In this document: positions 1 through 27,862 of the stretch, one piece after another | Position numbering within the stretch: the stretch's first letter is position 1 | How the letters are laid out: every line of letters starts with the position of its first letter | Source of the DNA: the human T2T-CHM13v2.0 reference genome, Homo sapiens | Assembly (NCBI RefSeq): GCF_009914755.1 | Contig: NC_060925.1 | Length of the DNA: 64,000 bases | Direction: 5' to 3' (one strand) | Translations under genes and position numbers: made by a program | The notes under the pieces: model-generated | Told to the model about the DNA's origin: nothing | Database searches by the model: none | What the model saw: only the letters and a program-made list of their open reading frames with translations

Positions 1-12363
<12,363 letters not shown>

Positions 12364-12496
12364 CTACTGCCCTGCCTGAAATTCTCTCATTTCACTTTTC
12401 CCTGCCTGGCCCCAGAGGCCCTTGAGTTTATAACCCTAATCTAAATGGCCATTCCCCTCCAACAAAGTCTTAGAAGAAGTATTTTGCCACAGACGA

Positions 12497-13471
12497 TTTA
12501 TTTTCCACAACTGTGGCCTGAGGGGCATGTGCACGTTTCACAGTTGGCGTCAGTGTCACCACCAGCTTGGGGGTTTGGAGATGGGCTCAGGGTCACTCCA
12601 GCCTGAGCAGATTGCTTCCCAGACCTTGGGCAGACAACCTAAGGCAAAGAGCCCATTGCTAAGCAAAGGGAGCTCAGGCAGCTTTGTACGTGGACCCCGT
12701 GGCAGCGCGATAGTGAAGTTCTGGCAATGAGACCTGCACGGATAACTCGTGTTGGTGGAGTCATCCAGGCACTGCAGGGCACTGGCACCCCTGAGGGACA
12801 GCACCATGCAGGTGCTGGTGGTGGAGTTGTTTGGGATGGTCACGCTGGTGCTGGGGCTGGAGTAACTCTGGGGCAAGGGGTGGTCCTGGTGGTCTAGGTT
12901 GAGGGAGCTGGCAGCCCTTTCCAGGTAGTTGGCTGCAAGCTTTGGCAGGCTCTGCAATGTCTTGTGGCAGCTGTTATAGGCATTGGGGGATTGGTCCAGG
13001 TAGTTGATGCCTTTGATGAGCTGGAGGAGTGGGGCTGGAGGAGTCCGAGGGACAATCCTTACAGAGCAGGCAGCAGGGGCTGCCCTGGAAAGCGGTCTTT
13101 CTGGCCACCTTGGGGTTCACCAGGTGACTTGTTTCTACGTACTTGGAGTAGCAGGGCCGGCCCATGCAGATTCTCCCCAGTGGAAGCCTAGTGGGGTTGA
13201 AGGGCTGCTCAGAGCAGCTGCTGCAGCTGCTGGACTCCAAGCCAGAGCCACTCCGGGTGTGGAGGCGCTTGAGGCTCTTGGCCTCATTCAGGAGGGTGCG
13301 TTTGGTCCAGCCTGGAATTTGGGCTGGAAAGGATGTGTTGTTGGGATGGCCCAAGCGGCCGTGAGTGTTGGAATGGCTCGCCTGGTATCCAGACATCATC
13401 CTGGCTGGGTGGACAAAGCTTCGTGGCTGAGCGGTGACAGTGTCTGGAGATTGGTTACTGGTTACCGGGGC
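12497..13471 (-). pseudogene. Putative unprocessed pseudogene (or unannotated gene): terminal exon encoding a Ser/Pro/Cys-rich protein of ~280-304 aa broken by one frameshift
   Basis: Minus strand: branch point and acceptor ctaactctgtccctgccag|G at 13472/13471. Frame A is open from 13471 (ATG ATG at 13399) to 12974. Frame B is open 13116-12559 and ends ...LPKVWEAICSGWSDPEPISKPPSWW-TGA (12558-12556). AATAAA at 12502-12497. No recognisable repeat in the exon. Confidence 0.7.
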
Positions 13472-15541
13472 CTGGCAGGGACAGAGTTAGTTCAGCTCAG
13501 CTGCTCTCCCTGCCGCCACCCTCCAGGCTTTCTCTCCAGGTGTTCCCTCTGCCCCCAGGGCTCCATGTCCTGCTCCTCTCGCCATCCTCCTCCCAGGCCC
13601 AGGAGTTCTCAAACTGGAAAACCGACAGCCTCTTCTTCAGAATGCACCAGGGAAAGCATGAGAGATGGGGCATAAGGCCAGACCATCATGATGACTGAGA
13701 CCAAGGGGCCCGCCTAGAAGTGGGGCAGTGCCTTCTTTTTCTTTTAGCTTTAGTCCACATTTGGAAATTCCCATTCCCCCTTGAAGCAGGTACTCCAGAA
13801 GACCACAGAGGCCAAGGACTGAATCTCTAATGGTGAAATTCCAACAGAGACACACCTGCTTTTGAGGTCATATCAAAAAGCTAACCATCAACTATGCGAT
13901 GCACCCTGATACTAAAAACTGTATCTTAGCATGGATGCAATGCTATACACACTCTCACTGTGTGCCACACTCCTCACTGGGTGTCCTCTGTGGGCTAACT
14001 CCTTTAATTCCTGCTACAAATCAAGGAGGTAGTTACTATTCTATTCCTAGCTGATGGGGAAAGTGAGACTCAGAGAGATGACGGGACTGGCCTAAGATCA
14101 CACAGCTTGTAAGTGGTAGGGTCAGGATAGCATCTTGGGTGTCTCTGTTGACCCCTAACAGACAATGTCACGTCATCACAGTGAATTCGGCCTCCCCCGT
14201 AGCCTGCTAAGGATGAATTCTCACCACACCCGCTCTGCCTGCATAGATGGGGGCCTTGGTGAGAAGTAGGGGCTATAGGTAACCCTGCTAATAAGTGGAT
14301 CCTGACTTTAAGAACCCCAAATGAGGGTGAGGGCCAGGTGGTGTGATAAGCCCGCTGATGGGGCTGGATTATGAGATCAGAACTTTTCGAGGGATTTAGC
14401 CTGGGTCCTCTCTGAAAGTACAGAATCTCCTCACCCACCCCACAAGGGGAGAGGGAATGGGGGTTCCCACTCTTCCTGGCCCAAACGTGGGTACTTCTCA
14501 GAGACAAAGACCTGACCAGGCCAAAGAGATGTCCCATCCACTTAACCCCACCTCCTGACCCTGGGCCCAGCCAGAAGCAGTGCCATTCCCCATTGTCCCC
14601 ATTGTCCACTGGCTCCCCAGGACTCACTCCACCCCACCCCCCTAGCCAGAAGGAAGGCTCTGACTTCTCTCCCCTACTGCTACCAGCTTGATGTGGATCT
14701 TCCATGTCTGCCTAGTGAAAAGAGAGCAGTGTTTAAGCACATCCCACCCATCAAACAGCTGCCTGCCCTCCTTCCAGCCCGGGCCCCTCAGCTGCCCTTG
14801 TCTTTTGGGTCTGATATGGGTGGAATGTCCAGACCCTTGCCTCTTTCCTGCCTGGTCCAACCCCACCAGATCTCCTCCTCTGGAAAAGTAAGAGGCCAGG
14901 GAGGGCTAATCCCTGCAGGACCCTGCCCTTCCCTCTCCTACTGCCTGGTCCCCGCCTGCCACCAGGGGCCTCTCCCTTCTCACTCTGTGTTTTAGGAGGT
15001 AGATGATTTAGACCTCCTCTTGCTCTCCTCGAGGGATGCCCTCATGCTGCCACTCTGGACTGCTGACCATGTCATGGAATCATGAAATCCTAGAGCTGGG
15101 AGGGGCCTTCGAGGTCATCCTGGTCAGGCCCCTGCCTCAGGGCCAGAGCCACTTTAAGCCTGCCAGGACAGATGGGCCCTATTTTTGAAACAAGGGTGGA
15201 GTGGCTGTCTTCCAGCGTTTGCTATTGGTTTTCTCAGTTTAATTATGCCAAGAGCCAGGAAGATCTACGCTAGCTCAAATATAACTCCGGTCAGCCTCAA
15301 TCTCAGGACTCTTCAGGGAGCAAATTTCAGAACTTTCAAAACCCAGTGCCTCTCATTGGGGCCTCTGGTCTATAAGAGGCATTCAGTACATATTTGTTGA
15401 ACGAATGAACAAGATTCTCATTTGAGGTCTCATAATAGGTGCCAGGAAAAGACTCTCCCCATCATTTGCTTCCCTCAAATGTTGAATATATACAGTTGTA
15501 GTTTTTATTTTGAAAAATGTTGACTTACTGAAAACTTATAA

Positions 15542-16257
<716 letters not shown>

Positions 16258-16571
16258 TAATCCACCCATCTTGGCCTTTCAAAGTGCTGGGATTATAGGC
16301 ATGGCTACTGTGCCTGGCCAACAAGGACATTTTCTAGCACACCATAATGATCAAATTCAGGACACTGAACTTCACTATAGTACTATTATCAAATCTACAG
16401 CCCATATTCAAATTTCACCGATTGTCCCTCTAATGTCCTTCATGGCAATTATTTTCCTGATTCAGGATTCATTTCGGGATCAGGCATTGCATTGAGTTCT
16501 TATGACTCTTTGGGCTCCTTCGACCTGGAATCATTGCCTTTCTTTGTCTTTTATGACTTTGACATTTTTGA

Positions 16572-16788
<217 letters not shown>

Positions 16789-19460
16789 TAGCTGAGATTA
16801 CAGGTGCCTGCCACCATGCCCAGCTAATTTTTTTGTATTTTTAGTAGAGACAGGGTTTCACCATGTTGGTCAGGCTGGTCTCGAACCCCTGACCTTGTGA
16901 TCCACCTGCCTTGTCCTCCCAAAGTGCTGGGATTATAGGCGTGAGCCACCGCGCCCGGCCATACGAAGTTCTTTAGCAATAGAAACTCCTGTGCGGGCCC
17001 ATCACAATCCACAGTCCACAGTCACTGGGAGTCTTTTGCCTGGGTTGGGTAGTTACAGCTGCTGAAACAGGGAGCCAGGAGGAGGGATCAGAAGGACGGC
17101 CCGCAGCCAGCGGAAGAGGAGTGCGAGGGAGCTCGGTGGACCAGGGAAGCGGTGTCCACAGTTCCCTTGTGGGGCCTGAGCCAGGGCTTGGTTCAGCTCT
17201 GGGTGGGGGGGCCGGGTGGGCAGGCACCCAGCAAGAGGGCTGGGCCTCTCTAGGATGCTTGTCCCGAAGGTCCCAGGCATCGAGATCACTACCCATTTCT
17301 GGCCTAAGAGGCACTGGAAATAGCTCTAGGACAATTATTTCAGGAAGAATGTGCTATTCCTCCATCTTCCCAGAAAGCCAGGCTGTGTCCTAGATCAGGA
17401 CAGTCCCTCTGCAGCCTCCCACCTCAGGGGAACCTCCAGCCCCACTGAAGGCCACAGAGGCCTTCAGAGCCAGAAGGGGCTGGGAGTCAAGAGTGGGAAG
17501 TGAGAGGCCCCTTTCCTGGTGGGGGAGGGGAAGTTCTGGCCTTCGATCCTGGGCTCTTAGGGCCCAGGCTGGAGTTAGGCTGGGCCGGCTGGAGTCCAGC
17601 TGACTCCAAGCCCGGGGCGCATGATGGGAAGGATATGGGGAAGAGGTCTGCCCCACCTCTTTCCTAGGCTCAACCCTGGGAAGCTGATATTTGTGAGGCA
17701 TATATCATGTGCCATAGAACATGATATTGTGGGTCCCAGGCCCTTCTCAGCCTCCTTCCCTCCCATTTAATCCTCACAGCACCCCTAAGAGGTATTTTGT
17801 TTTCCAGATGAGGTAATCGAGGCTCAGAGAAGGCTAGAGACTTGCCCAAGCTTGCCCAGGAGGCTTGAGTGAGAACCTGGCCTTCTTAAGTGCAAAAGAG
17901 GGTAGGCTGTCCCTCCCACTCGGTGAGGACTCAGGAAGTGGCCCTGTGAACTGAGCAGCACTGGGAGGGGTCTAGTCTGGAGACCCAGGATGTTGGACAG
18001 CAACAGTCCCATCCCCCACTCGCCCCATTCTCCACTCCCCAGCCAAGCCCAGCTGCCCCCGCTTCCAGCGCTGCAGAGAAGATGCAGAGTCTCAGAAGGT
18101 CCTGGGTGGTGGGGTGCCCTGTCCTGCCATCTCCAGCCACAGTGGTACCCGCTGCCCCACCTGGCCCCTCTCCACCACCTCCAGCATTGGATCCTTGGCT
18201 TCATTGCCAAGGATAAACTGGCTGAAAAGTAGCTCTGCATCATCCGTTGCCCTCCCCCTGCACCCACCCCCAACTGGCTCTCCTCATTCTCACCTATCCC
18301 CCCTCCCACCCACCAAGGGCCACAGTCCCACCAACATCCTCTGCCCATCCTGTGCTCACCAAGAACACTAGGGGCCCTTCCCCAACCCCAAGCACAGAAG
18401 TTCCAAGGCATCTCATTCTCTGTGCTCCCCTGGGTAGGGGGAGCAGCTCCCTTCTCCAGAGACCTGAGGACCCTGACCCATTAGCACAGGTGCTGCCCAT
18501 TAAGCCTTTACCTGCCGCTCAGCAGTTTCTCTCCTTCCCTGGGGCCTGAGAGAGTGGGAAGTGCCCCCTTATCCCTTCAGCCACATGGCTCTTATAAGCC
18601 CAGCTCAGCAGCCACATGTTTGTGACACCCAGGTCAGTTCAGGGGACAGCTAGAGCCAAGAGCCCTCCACCCTGCCCGAAGGGCATCTGTGTCCAGCCTC
18701 AGGCAACTGTTGGCACTGTGTCCTGAGCCTATACCTGGCCTTGAGCCAACTTGCCTGCCAGACTGGAAAATCTCTCCTGGGCCTGGACCTGGCCCTCCCC
18801 CGGCTGCAGCCTTATACCCACCAGAGCACAATGAGTCACGCGTCCTCCTCACCTAACACCCTCAAGGATATGGGGCCCCTGCTCACCCACTGCCAAAAAC
18901 AGCACTTCCCCAAGTCCACGTGTGGCAGGCACAAGCCAGGGCAGATCTGAGCTCAGGAGCACTGGGCAGGAGTGTCTTGGCAGGAGTCCCTGCCAGGGAG
19001 AGCTTCCTGCCCGCCAAGCTACCTGAGGGCTTTGCAGGTAGAGCAGCCAATCTGGGAGGCAGCAGGGCTCCTATCTTGATGGGGCCCGGGAAAGTCCCTG
19101 TAAGGAGGGTGCAGGAGGACGGTCACAGGCAGGCTTATGTACAACCTTGCTGAGAGAACAGCGCCCACGGAAGGTAGGACGGCAAGTAAGAGGCTTGTGC
19201 TGTGACCTGGGGCAAACAGGTGAACTTCTCCAAACCTCAATCTCCTGTTCTGTGAAGTGGAGGTGGGGAGGGGACTTCCGGAACACTGTTGACTTGACTG
19301 GCTCGCAATCACAGCGAGTGTTCACAAAGTGCTCCCCGTGTCCCAGGCACACTTCCGAGTGCTTGATTACCTTACGAGTGGCTGCAGCCGTGTGCTGGCC
19401 CACAAGAGCCAACTGTTAAATGTTCTGAAATGTGGTGAATGGTTGTTAAAACACAGGTAG

Positions 19461-19850
<390 letters not shown>

Positions 19851-20884
19851 TAATGGCTCAAGTCTCCATCCCGCGGGCTGTGGGAAGTCCAGAGCCTTCC
19901 CTGCTATTTTTCAAGGAGCCCAGAAGGCTGTTATGGCCTTTTGTCACCCCTCACTCGGAATCTCTGCTTCTGGGTCAGTGTTCAGCCCCTCTTGCCGCCC
20001 CACCTTCTGTGACTGTCATGTTCTGTCAGCAAAGTCGCAGCCCCCGCCACACTGCTCTGTGACTGCTACTCCACAGGAGACCTTTCTCCAGCTTCTCTCT
20101 TCCGCCTGCCCCTGTTGCGTGGCTCCCACTGCCCCCGTAGTCCTCCCACCCTCTGGCTGCTGAGCCTGAAAAATGGATGGCTTTCAGCTGTTGACTAGAA
20201 AAGCCAATATTCCCTGTTCTTTCTTGTACCCAGCAGAGTGGCTCCTGGCAATCTTGATTCTCAGCTGGGGTGGGGGGTGGGGGGTTTCCTTGACAAATGA
20301 GCAGACTTCCTTCTGCCAACCCCACTAAGATGTGGGAGCAACAGATGACAACTTCTTCCTTCCTGCAAATATGCTTTAGATGACAACATCCTTTCAATAA
20401 CATTGTGAGGTAAAAGCCATTTCTCCCAGGAGGCTGAGGTGGGAGGATCGCTTGAGCCCAGGAGGTGGAGGCTACGGTGAGCTGGGATCACGTCAGCTGG
20501 GTGACAGAGCACGACTCTGTCTCTAGCCTGGGTGACAGAGCAAGACTCTGTCTCAAAAACAAACAAACAAAAAAGAGTCATTTTCCCAAGAGAGGAATTT
20601 GGCAGTGAGGTTCTTCTTTGTACCAGTTGTACCAGCTGGGTTACCTTGGGTAAGTTATTTCTCTTTTCTGAGACTCAAATTCCTCACCTGAGATAATATC
20701 TGCTCCACCAGGTTTATCCCTAATGTAGTAGGCTCTCAATCAATACTAGCTGTTGCCACCATTATTTGACAGTTGAGAAAATTGGGTTCTAGACCCGGCT
20801 CTGTTATTAATTTGCTGAATGAGCTGGGCCTCAGTTTGCCCAACTGGAAAAGGAGGAGTTTGGGGGACCAAATAGGGGACCAAA

Positions 20885-21635
<751 letters not shown>

Positions 21636-22481
21636 GCCTCCACTTAAAGAAGCTCTAGGCCGGGCACGGTGGCCCATGCCTGTAATCCCAGCATTTCAGG
21701 AGGCCATGGCAGGATGCGGTGGCCCATGCCTGTAATCCCAGCACTTCGGGAGGCTGAGGCTGGATGCAGTGGCCATTGCCTGTAATCCTAGCACTTTGGG
21801 AGGCCAAGGCGGGAGGATGCTTTAGACAAGCACTGCCTTTCAATAACATTGTGAGGTAAAACCATTTCCCCTGGGAGACTGAGGCAGGAGGATCGCTTGA
21901 GCCCAGGGGTTCAAAGCTGCAAGTGAGCCATGATTGCACCACGGCACTCCAGCCTGAGCAACAGAGCGAGACCTTGTCTCCACAAAAATTTTTTTAAAAA
22001 AGCAATTCTTTTAGGCTGGGCACAGTGGCTCAGGCCTGTAATCCCAGCACTTTGGGAGGCTGTGGTGGGCAGATCACTTGAGGTCAGGAGTTTGAGACCA
22101 GCTTGGCCAACATGGCGAAACCCTGTCTCTACTAAAAATTACAAAAATTAGCGGGGTGTGGTGGTGCCCGCAAGTAATTGCAGCTACTCAGGAGGCTGAG
22201 GCATGAGAATCACTTGAACCTGGGAGGCAGAGGTTGCAATGAGCCAAGATTGCACAACTGCACTCCAGCCTGGGTGACAGAGTGAGACTCTGTCTTAAAC
22301 AAACAAACAAAAAACAGTACTTTACAAAAATTAAAATTAAAATTAAAATTGATGAAAGAAGACCAGCCGTGGTTGCTCACGCCTGTAATCCCAGCACTTT
22401 GGGAGGCCAAGGCAGGCGGATCGCCTGAGGTCAGGAATTCGAGACCAGCCTGGCCAACATGGAGAAACCCCGTCTCTACTA

Positions 22482-22888
<407 letters not shown>

Positions 22889-24870
22889 TGAGACCATCCT
22901 GGCTAACATGGTGAAACCTCGTCTCTACTAAAAATACAAAAAATTAGCCGGGCGTGGTGGCGGGCGCCTGTAGTCTCAGCTATTGGGAGGCTGAGGCAGG
23001 AGAATGGCGTGAACCCAGGAGGCGGAGCTTGCAGTGAGTGAGCCGAGATCGCGCCACTGCACTCCAGCCTGGGCGACAGAGCAAGACTCCATCTCAAATA
23101 AAAAAAACAAAACAAAACAAAATAAATTTTTCTGTTCACTTGAATTTTTTCATAGTGATACACTTGAATAGAAAATGCAGGGGTAGGATGCAGCAGAAAG
23201 AGCCCTGGCTTGCGTCTGGAGTCCTGGGTTCTATTGTCAGTGCTATGCCGTTGAACCACTCTATGACATTGACAAGTCCCAGCCTTTCTCTGGGCCACAC
23301 TAGCCAGTCTCTACTGGCCTTTCCAGAGCTCATACTTAATTAGATAATTTTCATTGACTTCAATCCACACAAGTGTTATCTACTAGATGTCTGTTTATTT
23401 ACATATCAAATCTCCTCCCACCAGCCACTGAGGCCCTAGAGGGTAGGGGCTGTCTCCCCAGAGCCTGGTACAGGCCCTGGCACTTTGTGGGTTCATGGAA
23501 GGAGGAGAGGACAGATGAATGATTGCCAGCCTGTGTCTCAGAACACCTCTGCCCCTGAAGGGTTTGGGGTTCCTGGACAGGAACAGGAAGCCTTGGATCT
23601 CCTTGAGACTGGTGCCCACTCATGCACCTCCTCCTGCCTGTGCCCCTGGATGCCCTGAGAGGTGAGGGAGGTGGCAGGAGTAAAGGGTAACTGGATTGGA
23701 GGCTCAGAGGCTCAGAGGCCTCCACTTCCTGCAGTGGAGACCCTGCCCAAGCCTGGCTCCAGCCCTGACCTCTGACTCCACCAGGAGAGTGCCAGGAAAC
23801 AGACCTTAAGGCCGGAAACCTTCCTTGGGCTTGGCCTGGACCCAAGCTCCTACCGGGCATGGGCTGAGCCCTGCCTGGACCCAGTGGACCAAAAAGCCCA
23901 CCCTTCTTGCTCAGCCTGGCAGAGCTGCTCTGCTGTAGCAACTTGGGGACAGTCTTTGCCTCTGAAACCACCACCAGCAGTTCCAAGCAGCCTGCCCTGG
24001 CAGGGAAGGTGCTGGGGTCAGGAGCTCTGGGTTCAGTTCCCACCTCTACTTCTCAGTGTCTGGGAAAGCATGGGCACTTTGCCACGCCTCCCTGAGCCTC
24101 AGTTGCTTCATCCTATTTCACGCTTAGGGATTAAAATAGAGAAGGTCTCACATGAATTCTCTTCCTTTACCATATTCAAGGAACTCAAAACAAGTTAAGC
24201 TTCCAGATACAGCTGAAGCCCTGGCCAACTTCACACCCCTTCTTCTTGGAGGGTGGCACCATCTAATCTCTGATTATCTTTGCTACGTGTATTTATTCTA
24301 TTCCTACACATTGCTGTATATGGCATAGCATTGGTCTGCATGGATTCAAATGTTTTACATACTATGACATTATACTGAATGCATTATTCTGTAATTTGCT
24401 TTTTTACTCAATAAAATGCTTCTGAGATCTATCCATAGCGACACATATGACTCTAATTTAATCATTTTCACTGCTTAACATTGCATTCTATATATACCCA
24501 ATTCATCCATTCTCCTGTCAATATGCATACTTTTAAGTTGTTTCCAATTATGTTTCATTATTTCAAGCAACACTGAAATGAATATTCTCATACATGTCAA
24601 AAAAAAATGAATTACAGATGAGTGTTATCAGGGAGCACATATTCATTGAGCCGGGGTATTCACTACAGGCTCTGATGACAATATGTTATGAGCCCAAACT
24701 ACAGCAAACGACTTGACAATGGGACGGAGCACTTAAGATTGGGACTCTCTGGGACAGGAAAGCAATCATTGCTGCCCTGTGTTCAGTGTTTCCTATGGGC
24801 CAAGCCCAGTGTTCAGTGCTTTATCTCCTTGAATTCTCACAGAAACCTTGTGAGGGAGCTATTGGTGTTA

Positions 24871-25232
<362 letters not shown>

Positions 25233-25933
25233 TTAGGTGTCTTGAAAAAGATCACACAATTATGGTTGAACAGGAATTCAAACCAAATCTACGTCTGTCT
25301 GATACAACTTCCCACATTTCAGCCAGAGCAGAGGGTCCCTGGTACGATGCCGCAGAGCTGTGGAAGCACAAAGGCAGGAAGGACGGGTCCCAACGGAGAG
25401 GTGCTCAGGGAGGGCTTCCTGGGGGAGGTGACAGTCCCAACCAGCCTAGAAAGATGAATATTGAAGAGGGCAGCAGTGGGAGGCATCTGGGAGGGAGACA
25501 TTTGGGCCAAGGCTTGGAGGCTGGCCGACTGAGCCCCTGCCCCCAAATCACTCATCGACCCCTTGACTCCTCCCTGCCATTCCCTGCATTTCTCTTTCTT
25601 CCAGCTCCCCTCTGATCTCTGGGGTCCATCCTTCTCTTTTTACCTTCTTTCTCTTGAGTTCTGTCCTATCTCCTCATTCCCCAGTCATCCATTCATTCAC
25701 TTGTTAATTCATCCACTCATCTAACACAAACTGAGCACCAGCTCTGTGCCAGGGCATTGGAACCTGAGTGAGGCAGTCCCCAGAATTGGTGGTGAGTGCG
25801 TCCACCACACTCAACTCAACCCCTAAGAGGAGGCTCTGAGATCTGCCCTGTCCCTCAGACGCACCCAGAGACAAACACACCCTCACACCTAGCAACTTCC
25901 TAGAAAACACCTGGAGGCAATCATGGCTCTCGG

Positions 25934-25962
25934 GCGCCCCTTGCTGGTAACTTGGGATGTTG
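25934..25962 (-). promoter_or_regulatory. Candidate CTCF site
   Basis: Minus strand CCAGCAAGGGGCGC (one mismatch to CCAGCAGGGGGCGC), preceded by tgcaacatccc resembling the CTCF upstream module. Confidence 0.55.
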
Positions 25963-26094
25963 CATCCTAGGCTGGAGAGTCCAAGTGTGACCCTAGGAAG
26001 GTGCTGCCCTGGCTCCCCACAAACTCCTGGTGCACTGCAACTTCTGCCAGCAGTTCCATTCTAGGAGTTTCTAAGAGTGCAGTCCTTGTCATAA

Positions 26095-26349
<255 letters not shown>

Positions 26350-26869
26350 TGATCCACCCATCTCAGCCTCCCAAAGTGCTGGGATGACAGGTGTGAGCCA
26401 CTGTGCCCGGCCTAATGCCCTAGGCTTTGTCAGGCCCAAGCCAAAGGCCAGAGTAAGAAGCAGTGACAGATGTATGTTTGTTGTACTGGGAAGGGGGGAC
26501 GGGATGGGTGCTCTGGAATGTGTGTGTGCATCATGGATGTGTGTGCACCAGTGCTGTACACGGGAGGGGTCTGTACACGGGGGTGCCTGGGTGCACATTC
26601 TGAGTTTGTGCTTGTGTATCATTGTCCTGCGGTGAGCAGGCCTATGCAAACCACCACCAAAGACCGAGGGAGCTGAGAGGCCAAAGAAAGAGGCTGACAA
26701 GTGCAGTTTATCAGAAAGAAAATAGGGACTTGCAAACAGAAGTTGCAAATTCATTTACTCAATAAAGTGCTTTTGAGATCTATCCATAGCGACACCGTCA
26801 AGCAATTGCAAGATGGTGCACCCCTGCACCTACCTTCCAGAAAACATTATTTTTATAGCAAGCTTTTAG

Positions 26870-27117
<248 letters not shown>

Positions 27118-27241
27118 TAGTGGAGACGGGGTTTCATCATGTTGGCCAGGATGGTCTCGATCTCTTGACCTCAGGATCCACCTGCCTCAGCCTACCAAAG
27201 TGCTGGGATTACAGGTGTGAGAGACAACGCCCCGGCCGTGA

Positions 27242-27478
<237 letters not shown>

Positions 27479-27703
27479 TGATCTGCCCACCTCGGCCTCC
27501 CAAAGTGCTGGGATTACAGGCGTGAGCCACCGTCCCAGCATCGTGATTAGCATTTTTATGAAGGGTTATCTATGCTACAGCCATTGTCTTAAGAACTTGC
27601 TGCAGAATTTAAGAACTTGCTGGTCAGGCAGGTGACTCATGCCTAAATCCCAGCACTATGTGACAGTAACACCCTGTATGTACAAATTTTTTTTTTTTTT
27701 TGA

Positions 27704-27862
<159 letters not shown>

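Noticed and set aside
12933-13062. Cryptic 130-nt minus-strand intron (gtaagg at 13062 to gcttgcag at 12933) that would restore the frame
   Set aside because: Weak acceptor, and it would delete the most protein-like segment (QLIKGINYLD); unsupported without RNA data
13004-13675. 223-aa + strand ORF
   Set aside because: Antisense shadow of the minus-strand exon; the splice and poly(A) signals all point to the minus strand
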